The notes beneath the pieces are model-generated. The model was not told where the DNA came from. It saw only the letters and a program-made list of their open reading frames with translations, and did no database searches. A stretch of DNA of 54,374 nt, taken from contig JYFJ02002582.1 of assembly GCA_000934665.2 (NCBI GenBank), positions 1 to 54,374 on the forward strand. Direction: 5' to 3'. This stretch comes from Catajapyx aquilonaris. Its lineage: Eukaryota. The position numbers were made by a program, and so were the translations under genes. Shown one piece after another: positions 23,632-37,902 of the stretch (positions within the stretch are counted from its first letter, which is position 1; each line of letters opens with the position of its first letter).

Positions 23632-26600
23632 TTTCTTACGTGACTGTCAATATCTAAATTGCACGCCCAGACGGATGACATACAGTGCTGGAGCTACAAA
23701 AGACTTTCTCATAAACCTTAACCGTTATTAATAACCTAACGTGTACATATTAGTTACCCAATATTTGCCATACTGTTTAGTTATGATATTATTACAAAAA
23801 GTAGTTTATCCATATTGACAATACAATTGGTCTGTATATTTAGACCCAATGACGCAACACCCTTGCCAACGGCATGAGGTCAGTTACCATCCAGCAAACC
23901 TGGACCCCGTTTGCCTTGCGTGCTTGGAAGGTAAACAATATATTGAAAGAGAAGTACGTGCGGAGTGGAACTAGTTTGGGCATTCCCCCGTGTTTATTTT
24001 GTTGTTTTCATCTGTCAAGATTGGAGATCCTCACCCCATCCCCAGACTGGCAGTAGAAAGCTGGTGCAACTTTTTTTTTCCATGTCGGTTGGGTTTCATT
24101 CAAGTGTTGGCAATTATTATACACCTCATTTTAGTCACGGATTCAACTTGAGAAAAAGTTCGTGGTTCCGCTAAATGAGAGTGCTAATGGCCAAGCTTAA
24201 TGTGCAATCATTTATGTAGGGATTATCACTTAATATCTTAATACAAAAAATGTTTGTAACATTTAGAATTCAAAGTCGGCCAACTACTGTAGAAAGCAGC
24301 GTTTAAAATGACATGAATTTCAAAGGCCACAAGAACCAGTTCGACTGATAGTACTTGGGCTATTACAAGCTATTAAAGTCTTATACCGCGTGGTTTACAG
24401 TTATGCCGCATCGAGAATGCCCTGAAATTAGCGCACGTGCTCTTGAGCCAACTAGAATTAGTAGCATTTCAATTAAGTACAATTGTAATGCAGAAGATAA
24501 CGTTGAAATGTATTTTATACGACTACATAATACTGCGTTGTTAGAGTAAAACATACATCATGCAGTGTGCCCATCTCTCATTAAATTTGATGACAGATCT
24601 AACAGATCAGATTTACACATACATTTGGTACTTCACCTAAAACCATGTATTGGCTTTAGCATAGGCTCAGTTTGATTATAGGAAATGATAGTATGCGAAG
24701 AAAAATAATCCATAGATTTTGACTAGCCTATGAACTTTTAAAGCAATTATTAAATTTCTGATGGGCTGTACATTACATTATTTTCATCACGCCGGGACAT
24801 CTCCCTGATGGTACTTGATAGTACAATGATGATGAGTGTATAAATTGAAAATTATAATTTGTGACACTGGAGTGCAGATGATACGGTAAGAGTCTACAGC
24901 GTAACATGTGTGTACCTAACTGAAAAAAGCGCATTTCATGTACAATACGGTACTTAAAAATCACACATCGCCTGATGGATACTTTGGATGTTGTCAGTAT
25001 GAAATAATGTCATTTTTCTTCTTTCACTTTGAATAAACAAAATTATATGTGAAAGTATTAAGGCGCAATTTGAGATTTTCGAAGGAATATCGCACCCTAA
25101 CTGATCGAAGTAGTTTGGGTGGCCACGACCTCCTTTTGTGTTCAAGAAGCAGCTGTTCGGCGATATATGAATCCGCAGTGACCCAGAATGCAACAAATCA
25201 ACAATTTAATACTGTATGCAATACTCTGTAATTAGTTCTGAAAAGGAAAATATTTTTTCATCAAGTGAGGCACACAGTGCATCGTAATTAACATATAGTG
25301 ACCCAATTGAAGTCTACTGATGGACATGGTTCCTCCCTCTAATCCCATTCAAGTATAATGATAAAAAAATAAAGCTACTTAATTCTTGACAATTTATTAT
25401 TCACACATCAGTTCCATCACACACTGAATCGGATTTTGTATGTGGCAATGATTTAAAAAAAACGACTGGATCTGGTTTCCCTCACCTGTATCCTGGATTA
25501 TTAATTTACGAGACGAAGTGATACCAGGGTAATAAAATAGCTGACTCAGTACTTTCTCGGAATGGTACAGTACGTGGAATTGGACGGCGAGACACAGATT
25601 CACACGCGTCTGAAACCAGCCTGGACTGGCATGAGGTTTGTATGGCTGTGTGGCAGACGTCAAGGTAGGGCAAGTGAAAGCGGATGAGGAAGAGAAAGGG
25701 AGAAGAAGTCTGCACCTTTTCGGAGTCGTCAGCTTGGGATGCTACATGTGCAAATGAGGTTGAGGCAGTCTGGGGTGGGGGGGGGGGGAGGGCACAGACT
25801 AAAAATAAGTCACCCAGCAAAAGTGGTCGTCCTGTCCGTCTTTGGGCTCATCATCCTTGGGTAATTGCGTAAAAAAAATCGACTACTTCGTCTTTTGGAT
25901 GGGGGGGACTTGCTGCTACTGTTTGTCCGATGCATCAACACTGTGGCGAAATGCTATTCAGTGATGATGTGAGTGAGTGGATTCGTGATTTGAGGGACAC
26001 TTCTCCAAAGGGAAGGACTTGTAGGAGCCTTACAAGATGGTCGTGACGAAAGCTGCATTCTGGCTATGAATCGGAACATTTTGCAAATCATTCGAGTCAC
26101 TGGAACGTGGAGGATCTGGGATGGTGTGTCATTCTGGGAGTAATTGAAAGAAATGGTCACGATCTGGTCTGTCGCGCATGGCACCCGTTGCAAGGCTCGA
26201 AACTCGTGGTATGTGCAGAATTTGCAAAAGTGCATATCATGGCCATTTTCCTCCAGGACTATCGACTTGGAAATACATATGAGGCAATGTTATTTTCAGG
26301 CATAATAACAAGCCTATATTACCATTTCAGAAGAAAAATAAATCGAAGCAGACCCTTATTTGTACGTAAAAGGAACATCAATACAGTATTGTGGAAGCGG
26401 GGATATTTCGTAATTAAGTATTAATTTATTTGACAACTGAAGTATAGGCCAAAGTTGACGGGAAGTGTGTTGCTAAATTAGTGAACATTTTCTCCCAAAA
26501 CTAGGTTCCAATGAATAAAGTGCCTAATTAACAGCATTTGACATGCCTGCTATGAATAAAGTGACGCTGTCATGTCTGACCCATTAACTTTGCAGGACTA

Positions 26601-28234
26601 TAAACAGTGTTGCTTGCAACACATGAGGAATGCAATTTGTGAAAAGCGCTACTTTTGTTGATTACAGTTCAGGTGTGGGTGCAGGCTATTTACTAAACAC
26701 AAGTGGGCCATCACTATAAATGTCAACCTTTAAAACTACCGGTATGTGCATATGCGACTGTTATACATTAACTCACACACATATATGCTAAAAATCATAC
26801 CGAAGAAAGGCTTGATTTTTGTTCATGTAATATCAAGCCCCAAGCCCCGGTGTAGTGGTCAATAAAGCTCTTATTGGCAATGATAAATTTGCTGCCCGAA
26901 ATATTAGCAACTGTCTGGAATCGAGTAATTTAATGCAAGCAACTTCCTAAAACATTATGGTAACTTTCATCAATCATCAAGTCGGAACATAGTAGATTTT
27001 TTGTACCTAAAACATGGGTGCTGTCTAGTCTTGGCAAATAGTGACCTCATTTTTCGATGGAAGGCGCGTTTTTGGGCGGGGATCGAGGTACGAAAAATGT
27101 CCACCTAGATCATTAATATTTCTTGTGAAGCGAATTGCAAATTCAGTTACGTCATCTGCTGCTAACAGGATGGGCATGACAGGTCCGTCTCAATGGGATC
27201 TCGACACGTGCACAATTGAGCCCTTCACACTGCATATCATCGTGCCGAATTCTCTATGAATTATTCAGCTAACGTCCGTCAACTATTCAAGTGTTATGAT
27301 GCATTAGAAGCAATGTTTACAAGTTGACCATCTTGACGCACCTTTGACCTTCTCCTCTAATCTTGACGACTTTAAGTTGTGGGTGGAGAAATTTTGGAGT
27401 TGGCCTTTCTGAAGTATATGTGGAAGTAATAAAATTTGTTAAATTATTTGTGATTTTTAAGGAAATCGGCCGTTTGATCATGGATCCGGATATTTCGCTT
27501 ATTAATAGACAAACTTATCAGCCTCTTTGGCAACAGTGTCCTAAAACCATATGTTTGCCCATACACCAGAGCAACAATCACCAATAGCACTTAATGAAAG
27601 GGAAAGTAAACCTGGCCAACACCCCCCTGCCGTGTCGCACATCAAGTCTATCTCATGATGTATGTGCCCCACTGGTCTGGGTCAATTGGAACAGGGAGGA
27701 GTTACTTTCGCTTTCCGCAGAATCTAGTTTTTTATTTCAACTCGTTTTCAACCATTGTCAAGAAGAATCCATGGCACCCTGCCAGTTGTGTGGCTTTATG
27801 CCTTAGCCGCAAATTAATGCTCTACACATGCACCCAAAGCTGCTATACCACTTCATAGGTTCCAGGCAATATTGCACTGTTATACAATAGGCATATGTGT
27901 GCTCAGATATTTACCAGACACGAGTGAACTTACAAAACAAGGTGACATTGACGCTAAATTATGCAGAATGTATGTCCGGATTTTTTCAACTGAAAAAGTT
28001 CACAATAGAAACACAGGGGGACGAACATGTTTACTACTACTTTGATCAGTTGTTGGATTTATAGGGAACTATACAGCACTCTCTGCGAATTGCCAGATGA
28101 CCTTGCTTGTCCCTTCATGAATGGTGATGATAAGGACAAAAATCGATGGCAGTTTTATTACGCAAAATAGTCACTTGTCAGTGAATATGTGTGGGTAGAT
28201 GGTGTGAGGTCTAAGACTAACACTTGACCTTGAC

Positions 28235-30386
28235 ATGGGTACCATCTCTACAACTGAACTCGCCAGGAGGAAGGTGACCAGGGCCGAATTAGGTCGAATT
28301 AGGCCGGAGATGACAGGGGATGAGGTCAGTTGTTTTATTTTAATATTATTGAAGAACTGTTGTAATTTGGTATTGGGCACATCACCTCTACTATTTCAGT
28401 CCTCCGAGATAGTCCGAGCACTATGGCCATATCTCCAGGCAGTTAAACTAGTCGGATTTTTGCCAGTGTCCGGACCACCCAGCAACCTTCGATTCTCATG
28501 GATCAGCTTCCTCACCATCTACTCCTTGGTGCTCTTCTTCAACGAGCTCTTCGTAACCGTGCTCCAGTTTGGAAAAAGCATGCAACAATTCCGAGACACG
28601 AATGTCTCCGAAGTCGTTGGAGGTCTGATGGATCTGATATACCACATTCACGTGGTTGGTGTCAGTTTCGTTGGTCTCTGGAGAGCACGTAGTTTGGGCC
28701 AATGGTGCCACACTTGCCAAAGAGTAGAAGTAATTCTGGCCAGGCACCAACGAGATGACAAGTTGGTACTGACCTGTTGGGTGGTCAGTGCTCTGTCACT
28801 GACCCTCACTGCTGTTACGTGCACAACGTATTTTGTCAGTGTGGGGGTCAGGAATGCAACGCGTTCTTGGGATGACTATTTGAGGGCAGTAGCTGATATT
28901 TACGTGGATGAATCTATGGTGTCAGCGATGTCCGGATATTATTCCCTGACACTGGGATTCATTATGGAGTTTGTTTGGGCTATCGGAGACACTTTACTTC
29001 TTTTGTTGTCCATAGCACATCGGAAATTGTTTCAAAGGCTTAACGAGGCGTTGGAAAGTTACGAAGATGTTGTGCCTACTCCGGAAGCTGCGGAAGAATT
29101 GAGAGCTCATCATGTGCTGGCAGCAGAACTGGTTCAGGTGGGCTATCTGCTGTTGAAAATTATGCACTAGCTCACTCTGGTCAAAAGCATGATAAATCAG
29201 CCTAAAATATCATTTGTATGCAAGTGTTGGTTGGGCAAAATGTATGATCGAAGCATTTATGATTCAATCCTAATTAATGTCGTGTACAAAATTCAGCACG
29301 ATTCGTGACTTTCTTCAGTCTCCTGTTGCAGATGCAATGTAATGAGAAGAATCAGCCCATTTTAACGCATGTAATGTATACAAACCGGATTTATTATCTC
29401 ATAACAATTCAGCGGTGAATAGTCACGAGAATGTCAATCATTGCTGCAAACCATGTAATCTATCATGCACAGAATTTGCGCTCAAGTTGATTGACCAGAT
29501 TGAAAGTGAAATCTTTTCACAGGCTGCCGATGACCTTTTCTCACCGCTGACTCTGTTGAATTACATTTCTCTGGTGACTTACCTCTTCTGCCGTCTGTAT
29601 CTCGGAATGATTGACGATTTGTTACATCCAAGCCCACTGATGATTGTTGAAGGCAGCCTGGCATTTTTGCAAGTGATGCTCCGAATATTTTTGCCGTCAT
29701 ATTATGCTGCGACCATGTACGAAGAGGTAGGTGGTTCTGTCTAGTTATACCAGTACATTTCGCTGTAAGTTAATTCAGGTTTTTGGATTGATTTGCAATG
29801 CAGGCTCATAGAGCCAGTATACATCTGGCCCGATGGGGGATGGTGCGTACGCAGGAAAAGGAGAGTTGCTTTGTACAGAGGGTACTGCTGGTGAATATAA
29901 TTTTAATAATTATCTTCTTACCAATATGACATTAACATTAAAATAAGTATTGTAATTCAGTTACAGAGATTCCAGTTGCAACTTTCAAGCATGGACTGTG
30001 GATTCACTGGTTGCGGTTTCTTTGTCATCACAAAAGGTTTTGTGACAGGAGTAAGTCAGCACTCTTTCAGAATAATTATAAAGACAACGTGAAGATTAAG
30101 GGCAATGTTGGTGACAACATATCAATTCAAAGATCAGTTAATAATATGAAGTGGTCCCATTAATATCCAGAAAGTGTGGAGCTTGTCTGGTGTTCTTACC
30201 ACACTGATTTTGCACTCCAGGGAATATAACTTAAATGCATTTTCCATAGCTCCATAATAATCACAAACATTAACCTCCCTTAATCTGTTTCATTTGTAGC
30301 TCGTCAGTGGACTAATAACTTACGAAATTGTCATTCTGCAATTTTCAAACGGAGCGAAGGAGCATCATGTAACTCCTTCTTATTGA
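28235..30386 (+). CDS. Gustatory receptor GR1 of cluster (7TM chemoreceptor, sugar-receptor-like), ~431 aa
   Basis: Exons 28235-28324, 28400-29137, 29523-29726, 29804-29890, 29961-30050, 30300-30386, all phase 0, GT-AG. Multiple TM segments, GFTGCGFFVITK and C-terminal TYEIVILQF. Confidence 0.9.
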
Positions 30387-31659
30387 AAGGCGTTGAACTG
30401 GTTGCATGCAAGGCAGGATACTTTCATGCCAGATACGAAGGGGCAACAAGCAATGTGAGATGACGATCGCTCAGTCATTCTGATGCCTTGACCATTACCA
30501 TTTAAACTTAAAGTGTAGTGTTTTTTGGTTCATCACAATTTCTTACACATTTTCACAAGTTTTAATGAGCATAAATGTGCCAGAAAAATGTACAGTACAT
30601 GCACTGGCAAGAATTGTACAGACTCCATCGCACTCGTCGTGCAGCGGAAGCGACCGCTATAAAAATTTGTCGCAACATTTAATAATTTCCAATTATCAAT
30701 AGAATGCTGCATAAGCCATTAGGAGGTTGTTTGGACATGAATAGTAGCTATACTTGTCAGTGTTCGTCTCCTCGAGGGATAATATTTCTCATTTCGGGTG
30801 CTAAGCCGAGATCCTATTTATGTGTACTGTACAATATGGGCTTCTTGCTACTTATTCATTACTTTGATAACGTGTGTGTACCGTACAATACATAAGCACA
30901 TGCATATACGTTATCATCCTGCTTTTTCCCTGCCGTGTTTTATTGTATGTGACGATTATTTGCTGCTAAGATAATAAAGGTAATTCTGTCACCGTACAAT
31001 TTTCCTAATGTCAACGTTATCATTGAATCACTTGTTATAAATAGAAAAGTGACGATGTACAGTGCTAATTTTAGGCATATGACAGGTAAGCCAGAGACGT
31101 GTTGGTGCGAATTGGTACACGGGTGTGTAATGTTAGATTAAATAGTAGTTTAGCTTTACCAGATAATGTAAAAGAGGATTTTTCAATGCAGGTTTTTGAA
31201 GAAAAAAAAGAGTTCACGTATTGTCAACTTTGTACTTATTGACCCTTCTCAATACAACAGGGTTAAGTTGTTCCTGACAATCTATGTGATTGCTGCATGT
31301 AAAGGCTAGCCCTAAAGACAAGTGATTTGAATCCAGTGGAACATACCTGACGGGGCTGTTGTTTTTGGGACTGCCTGAAGCTCATATCGAGTGTAATATT
31401 GTACAGCTTTCCGAGAGAAGTCTGTCATTTTATTCCTTAAAATCAAAAGATAAGTTATACAGTTCATATCTACACATTCAACTGTTGACACCATTATTAT
31501 TATCTCTGTGTCAAATATTACGTACAACTCTAAGCAATATACGTAGAAAATAAAGTGCTCAGAATATGGTGCACTAGTTATAGGCTACTATCCACAACCA
31601 ACGCGCCCACAAATCAACTGACTACATGCTGAAACAAATCGGAATAAATCCTGTATACC

Positions 31660-34107
31660 CTAGCCCTTTTTGTCCATAGCTTGAAACTGCAGCACGACGA
31701 TCTCGTAGGTGAGAACAGCACCGACAAGCTGCAAAGAACAAACAAGAAATGACAGGCGTTTGAAAGGGCTAGGGCCAATATTAAATATTTGATATATTTC
31801 ATACTCCTGTGATGAAAGGCTTCGTGATGACAAAGTATCCACAGCCCGTCAGGCCAATAGGAGGCTCCATTACTTGGTGTGTGAACCGATTCATCTGCAG
31901 AAAAAACTTGCGAATTAATAAAATGAACAGAGCTGATGCAATAAAACACGAATCCAATAAATGGGTACATTGTTATCAACTTAATTACGGCTCAATCAAT
32001 AAAAACTATCCGTATAGTATTTGGCATGTAAGCACAGAGGTGATTGACCTTTGGACTTTCATATTAGCAGTAAGTCTGCTTAATTACACCTTGATTTATG
32101 CGATTAGGGGTGAATCTACATGCGATATGTATCCTATGCAAATGCAGTAAAAGTGGGTCATCTGGCGCTCTAACTGATAGGAAAACAGCAGCTGTTGCGT
32201 GACAGAACAAATTCTCAAGCTCAATCCACTAGATTCAGAACAAATTAATTATTAGCTGAGATGTAATAAATTATGATCCAGGCATCCCTAATTACTACAC
32301 AATTGGTAGCAAATATTACTTACAATAAGCACTCTAAGTCTGATCTCGTCTTCTTGCATGTTGACTGGAAATGTTTCCCAGCGGTTTACATAACGAAGTG
32401 CCTGATGAGCCTGAAATTAACATGGGGAAGTAAAATGCATATTGTGCACTTAATAAATTGAGTCTAACCTGATAATTAAGATTGGCTGCAGCTAGAGAAG
32501 GAAGAAGCATTCTGGCGAACATGAAAATAAATGTGTAGAGTACTTCATATGTAGCAAATCCATTAGCTTTCAAGGCACCTTCATCCAGTCCGACGTATAG
32601 GCGCAGGAGGACGTAGGAAATGTTGGACACGTAAGATAGCAAGGTCAAAGGCGATATTATGGAATCCACTTGCTGGGACAGAAAATCGAATCACTTAATC
32701 TAGAAGTGTTTGCGACATTGAGCAACAATACTTCAGGTATATGGCACCTCAAAAGCCTTGTAAAGAAAACTAAGAATATCGAGATATTTATGTCATTCAT
32801 AGTTCACGTCGTATAGTGAAGGTAAATAGTAGGTTGTAAACTCCAATCAAACTAAAAGCATACTCTTCACCTGTTGATGTTTCCAATTACTTAGTCGCAC
32901 CAGTGCAGTGAGTCAAGAAACATGCTATTACAGTACAGAAATCATTGCAAGTCGTAACTATAAATGCATAATTTAAATATCAAAATATTTTAGGCAAATT
33001 TACTGGTTTGACTCTGAGTTTACCATCAAAAGAATATCAAAAAGCATTGCAGTAAATACAATATTGTCTTACTTCAACCAGCCTGGTGATGAGCGCATGG
33101 TCACTTCTGTACTGCTCCAGAATTTCCGGCGATATCTCTGTTCCTGCAGTCTGGGCAACGTGCTGATTAAATCTTCTGTAAAATCGAGCCAATACCATAG
33201 ACAAAACCGATATGAGAATGTCAGGAAAAATCCATCGCACTTCCATTAGAGTTTCAGTAAGAAGCGCATATGCACCACTGCCACTAGAATCGCCTATGAA
33301 GCTAGAATCGAAGTCGTACTCCTGCGCAAATGTCCTGAAAAATGACTGGCCTTCTTTAATGCTAAGTATGATTACACTTGTCACGTAGTTCAGGTGGTCC
33401 AATAAGATAAGCAGAAGCGATATGCCGGTGACCATCCAGCAGTGTTTCAACAGTCCATCTTCTCTCTTTTTGTACTTGGTCAGTGTAGCTTCAATAGAAC
33501 AAGCCCGCTTGAGAAACCCTGGTAGTTGCTTAATTCTTGTCAGGGTGATGCCACTACAGCACAAAATAAACACTATGTACAAGAAGTCAGTCAGATTCTG
33601 CAACTTTTCGCGTTTATTCACCCCTTCTGAATAGTCGTAGAATATCTGGAGGCGGAGGCACAACAGAAAGGACTCGTTGATGGCAATAATGAGGGAATAC
33701 AGCAGAAAAGGTTTGCTCAAGCTGAGGATCATCTTACGATTGTCCCAAGAGAGTGGAAATGTTCCTACAAATTTTCCTATTCTGATTAGAGGCCTTAAAG
33801 CTCTCATCAGTTCTGACTCTTCCAAACTGGGAGTGTTCAAGACATCAGAGTTGACAGGATACACACTTGCTCTTCGCCTTAGCTTCACAATATTTTGGAA
33901 CCTGCTCCACCATGGAGTGGTTGTCTGCATGGGAGCCTCGGACACTGCGCTATCTCGACCGATGAAAAAGACATCGTTGGACACTTGGTTCTTCCTCCTC
34001 TTCCGCTTCTTCATTCGAGATCTGGTCTGGTCCAACATTTCCATTAACCCTCCCAACCACTCGTAAATTCTTCTGGCGTATGAGTTGGACACTGCAGCAG
34101 CGGTCAT
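31660..34107 (-). CDS. Gustatory receptor GR2 of cluster, ~494 aa
   Basis: Exons 33073-34107, 32469-32672, 32324-32410, 31805-31894, 31660-31728. GLTGCGYFVITK and TYEIVVLQF. The start codon is uncertain (long N-terminus). Confidence 0.9.
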
Positions 34108-35278
34108 CAATCCGTGTCGGAAATGATCGAGATCAAATCGAGTTGTTGCCCCTACTGTGCGATTTGGTTCAGGACAAAACTATAGTGACAGACAAAAAGC
34201 TATTGGCAATTCACACTGATGTGCGGATAAGAATGGGGGTGAGAATGGAGGGGGTGGGGAGTTTCGCAAAGGGCGATGTAAGCAAGGTCGATTGATCTTT
34301 CTTTGAAGCGACCATAAAATATTGAGATGAAGTGCGCACATGTTGAGTGTGAGTTCAATAAGATTCAGATAATGTCGCAATGGTGTTGGCATTCTAGTGA
34401 TTAATGGCGTTACTTAACTGGCAATGAACTTGTGCAATTAATCATAGCTGATGAGCACCTTTATCCTTGAAAATCTTTGTCAATACCGAGTATAGATCGG
34501 ATGAATTTTAGATAAATTGTCAGCCAGTGTGACGATGTGTACTTACTCATCAGATTAGGTACCGGTACTGCAATTCAAGCTATACTGACACGGGTAGCTA
34601 AACGTATATTATAGCACCTAGCCCAGCCTGCTCTAAAGCCTATACACAAAATGGTTTCATCTTAAGAATCTAGACATATTATCCAAGTATTTCATATGCT
34701 CTGCTACATTACAGAGCCAATCATAGCACCATGCCTAATCAAAAGATGCATTTTTACGAAAGTACCGCAACAGTAAATTCCTCATTATCAACATTGCAGC
34801 ATTTTATGCCAATATTTTTCCACCATGATACTTACTAATTTGAAATAAGAAATTATTTCTATTTTAAAGTTGCTGAAGGGGTAAAACCAAGGTAAAACAT
34901 ATTCTGATGAAGTTAGTCTTATTATATTTTCCACTTTATTTTTCTGTTGCAAAATACGTAGCATTACATAATGTGATTTGAAACATTATTTAATGTAATA
35001 AAACTGCATACACGTAGTGAGATTAGAATTGATATTTTGCTGTGTATATGTGCAACAAGGCCGTTAATATTGATCCGTAATTTACCATGACCACCAACTT
35101 GTCACACTATTTTTTTACCAAAACGGCTGAAATTCTGCGTACTACTTAAATATGAATCATTGTGCCGAAACAATGTGAGCCAGAACAATAGGCCAACTCG
35201 GAATACTGGTCTTTTACCCCTACTTGCAAAGAAGACTTACGGCCCCCTTCAGTTGTCCCGTCCCCACCTTCATACGTG

Positions 35279-35292
35279 GTATCCATGACAAC
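35279..35292. promoter_or_regulatory. Candidate RFX X-box about 90 bp upstream of GR3
   Basis: GTATCCATGACAAC (reverse complement GTTGTCATGGATAC) is a close match to the X-box GTTRCCATGGYAAC. Confidence 0.4.
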
Positions 35293-35381
35293 TGCGATAA
35301 AAATTTTCCGGGTAGTTACCCGTCCGCCCCACCCATACTAATTGCTCTGACTCTGGAGCAGTCAGTCTTTGGAAGCACGAG

Positions 35382-37453
35382 ATGTCGAAGGCTGCCTCAT
35401 CACTGGATGAGATGACTCAACCCGGGGTCATATTTCCAGACGATCTGGAAGAAATGGAAGAAGCCCGAGTGGTGCAGGGAAAACCAAAAAGGGCCTGGTC
35501 GTCACCTGTTGGGTGCTTCAAGAAGTGGCAGTTCCGGAGAAGGTCACGTCAGCAGGAGGTCCAACCTGACCTTCTTCGCGCTCTCTGGCCCTTCCTCTGG
35601 ATCAGTAGGGCATTCGGAGTGTTTCCGCTGACCAAGTACGAGGACAGCCTCAAGTTCTGCTGGAGACACCCACGAGTCCTGTACACGTCTTTAGTCCTGG
35701 TCAACACCATCGTGGTCTTCTCTGGTATGGTTCGGATTTGCATTGAAGGAGCCAAAGAAGTGGGTGGCCCCGGGATAGCGCACTTCAACACCCAGGATAT
35801 TGTGGAGCGGGTGTTGAACATCGTTTTCTACCTCAACCTGGTCATGGTCATTTCCATAGTACTTTGGAAGGCTAAGCATATGCCGGAGCTGATCGAATTT
35901 TCTCTGAATGTCCAGCAGAAGATACTAAAGTACAGTGCTGGACAGGATTACGTTGTTGCCATCTGCTGGTTTATTACTGGCATCTGCATGGTAACGTCTT
36001 CAGCAACATTCTTGGTCCAGGTTGGCGCCAGAGCAATCGAGATGAACTCGACAAGTGCGTCCGACTTTTTGTACAATATCTCCTCATCGTACTATCATTT
36101 GCCTGGACCACTGAGGTCCGAGTGGGTGGGAATATATCTGATAGTAGTGGAAGCATATTCTGAGATAGTTTGGGTGTTTCCGGACATACTTGTTCTCATA
36201 ACTGCTTTGGTGCTGTATCGGTTTTATCGTCGTTTGAACACACATTTGGAAATGACCCTGAAGACATCGCCGCTGTCCCTGTCCGAATTGGAAGACCTCA
36301 GACTTCGACATCTTTTGATCACACAATTAGTGCAGGTGAGAGATATTCAAATCAAAACTAATACGACTTTTTGTGGTTGTAGGTTGCAGTAGAAAGTCAA
36401 TTCCAAATGAGAGAATTTTTCACTTTGTCAATGGTGTCTAATGTAATTTTTTAATTTTATAAATTGGTCAACAGTCAGGGGTAATAAGAGAGAATTAACA
36501 TCACCTTTTTTACTTCTACATATTAGCATAGGAATTTGGAAGAATTACAGCACTTGCGAGTTAGTTGTTGCTTCACGCTTAATTTATTAAGAGCACTCAC
36601 CTGAATGAAGGTGTTGCTTTTATTCTTCACCCGATAAGAAAATTAATGTTATTTGGTAATTTTGATATCCCTCTGGAGAAATCAGACACAGTGCTGTCAC
36701 CACTCACCTTGCTGGCGTATTCCGGCAACGTAATGTACATCTTTGGACGACTTTACTTGGGCCTTACGAAAGAGCTGGACTCAGACAATCCACTTACCCT
36801 GTGCGACAACATACTTGGCTTTTGCTACGTGGCATCTCGAGTTCTTGTGTCCTCCCTGTGTGCTGCTAAGGTCAACGAAGAGGTACGGTGCAGTTTTATA
36901 AGTTGTTGTTGTTACTACTACCTACTACTATTACTAAACTACTACGGAGGGAGGTGGTGGAATGCGTGTTATACATCAGTGTCCACATTAATTTTAACAT
37001 TATTTTCAGGCCCACAAAACGACACTTTTGCTCAATAATGTACCTTCATTGATTCTGTCACAGGGATCAGAAACTACTTCTACCCGAATTTTAGTGGTGA
37101 GCTATACTTTCATTTTTTGAGCGTCCTATAGAGCAATGTCGGCTCAAATGTTATAGAAAACATACTTATCATAAATTATTGCTATGCTGAGCATTGTGTA
37201 ATTTTCTCTCTTATGACTTTCAGATAAATCGATTTTTACACCAACTGAATAGCGTCACTATAGGTCTGACCGGCTGTGGATACTTTGTCATCAATAAGAA
37301 TTTCATTATGGGGGTAAGAAACTCGTTTCAAATAGTCACGCAACATGCTGATTTTTTAAATAATTCTACCATTTATTGCAGTTGGTGAGCGTCCTGCTAA
37401 CGTACGAAGTCATCATTCTGCAATTTTCAGACGCCTCTCTATGTATCAAGTGA
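35382..37453 (+). CDS. Gustatory receptor GR3 of cluster, ~468 aa
   Basis: Exons 35382-36335, 36679-36882 (GAG acceptor), 37010-37096, 37224-37313, 37382-37453. GLTGCGYFVINK and TYEVIILQF. Confidence 0.88.
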
Positions 37454-37902
37454 TTTATTTTTATTCAACTATTTACATCGCACTGCCTTGTAATCGTCTG
37501 TTGTATTACGGACCCATATACCTGGACATTACTCAAGAGTGTCATAAATGTGAACATTAAAGCCCACGTAAGGTTTCATCCTCTTTCTGCCATAATTATG
37601 TCAAACGGAGCCCTTGCTGTCATTATTCATGCCCCTGAAAACCTCTCCACATACGTCCTGTCCATCATGTCACACATCCGGCCTGGTTGTTGATAGCAAC
37701 CCGATTTGTGTCCTCCAATAACCTTTACGTCCTCAGACTAGGTTGATTTATGTCCTCCCTTAGACGGCAATTTACAAGTGGTGGATTCGAAATCTAGGTT
37801 GTTGAGAGTGACATGGGAGTGGGGACAGATTTGACGAGTTTGCGCAGGCAGAAAGGGTAGTAGTGTAAAGGCCAGTTGGGAATAGATCTCGGGGAAGGCA
37901 GG

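Noticed and set aside
26843..26865. tRNA A-box-like string (ccggtgtagtggtc), a possible tRNA or SINE head
   Set aside because: No B-box (GTTCRA) at the proper spacing and no cloverleaf.
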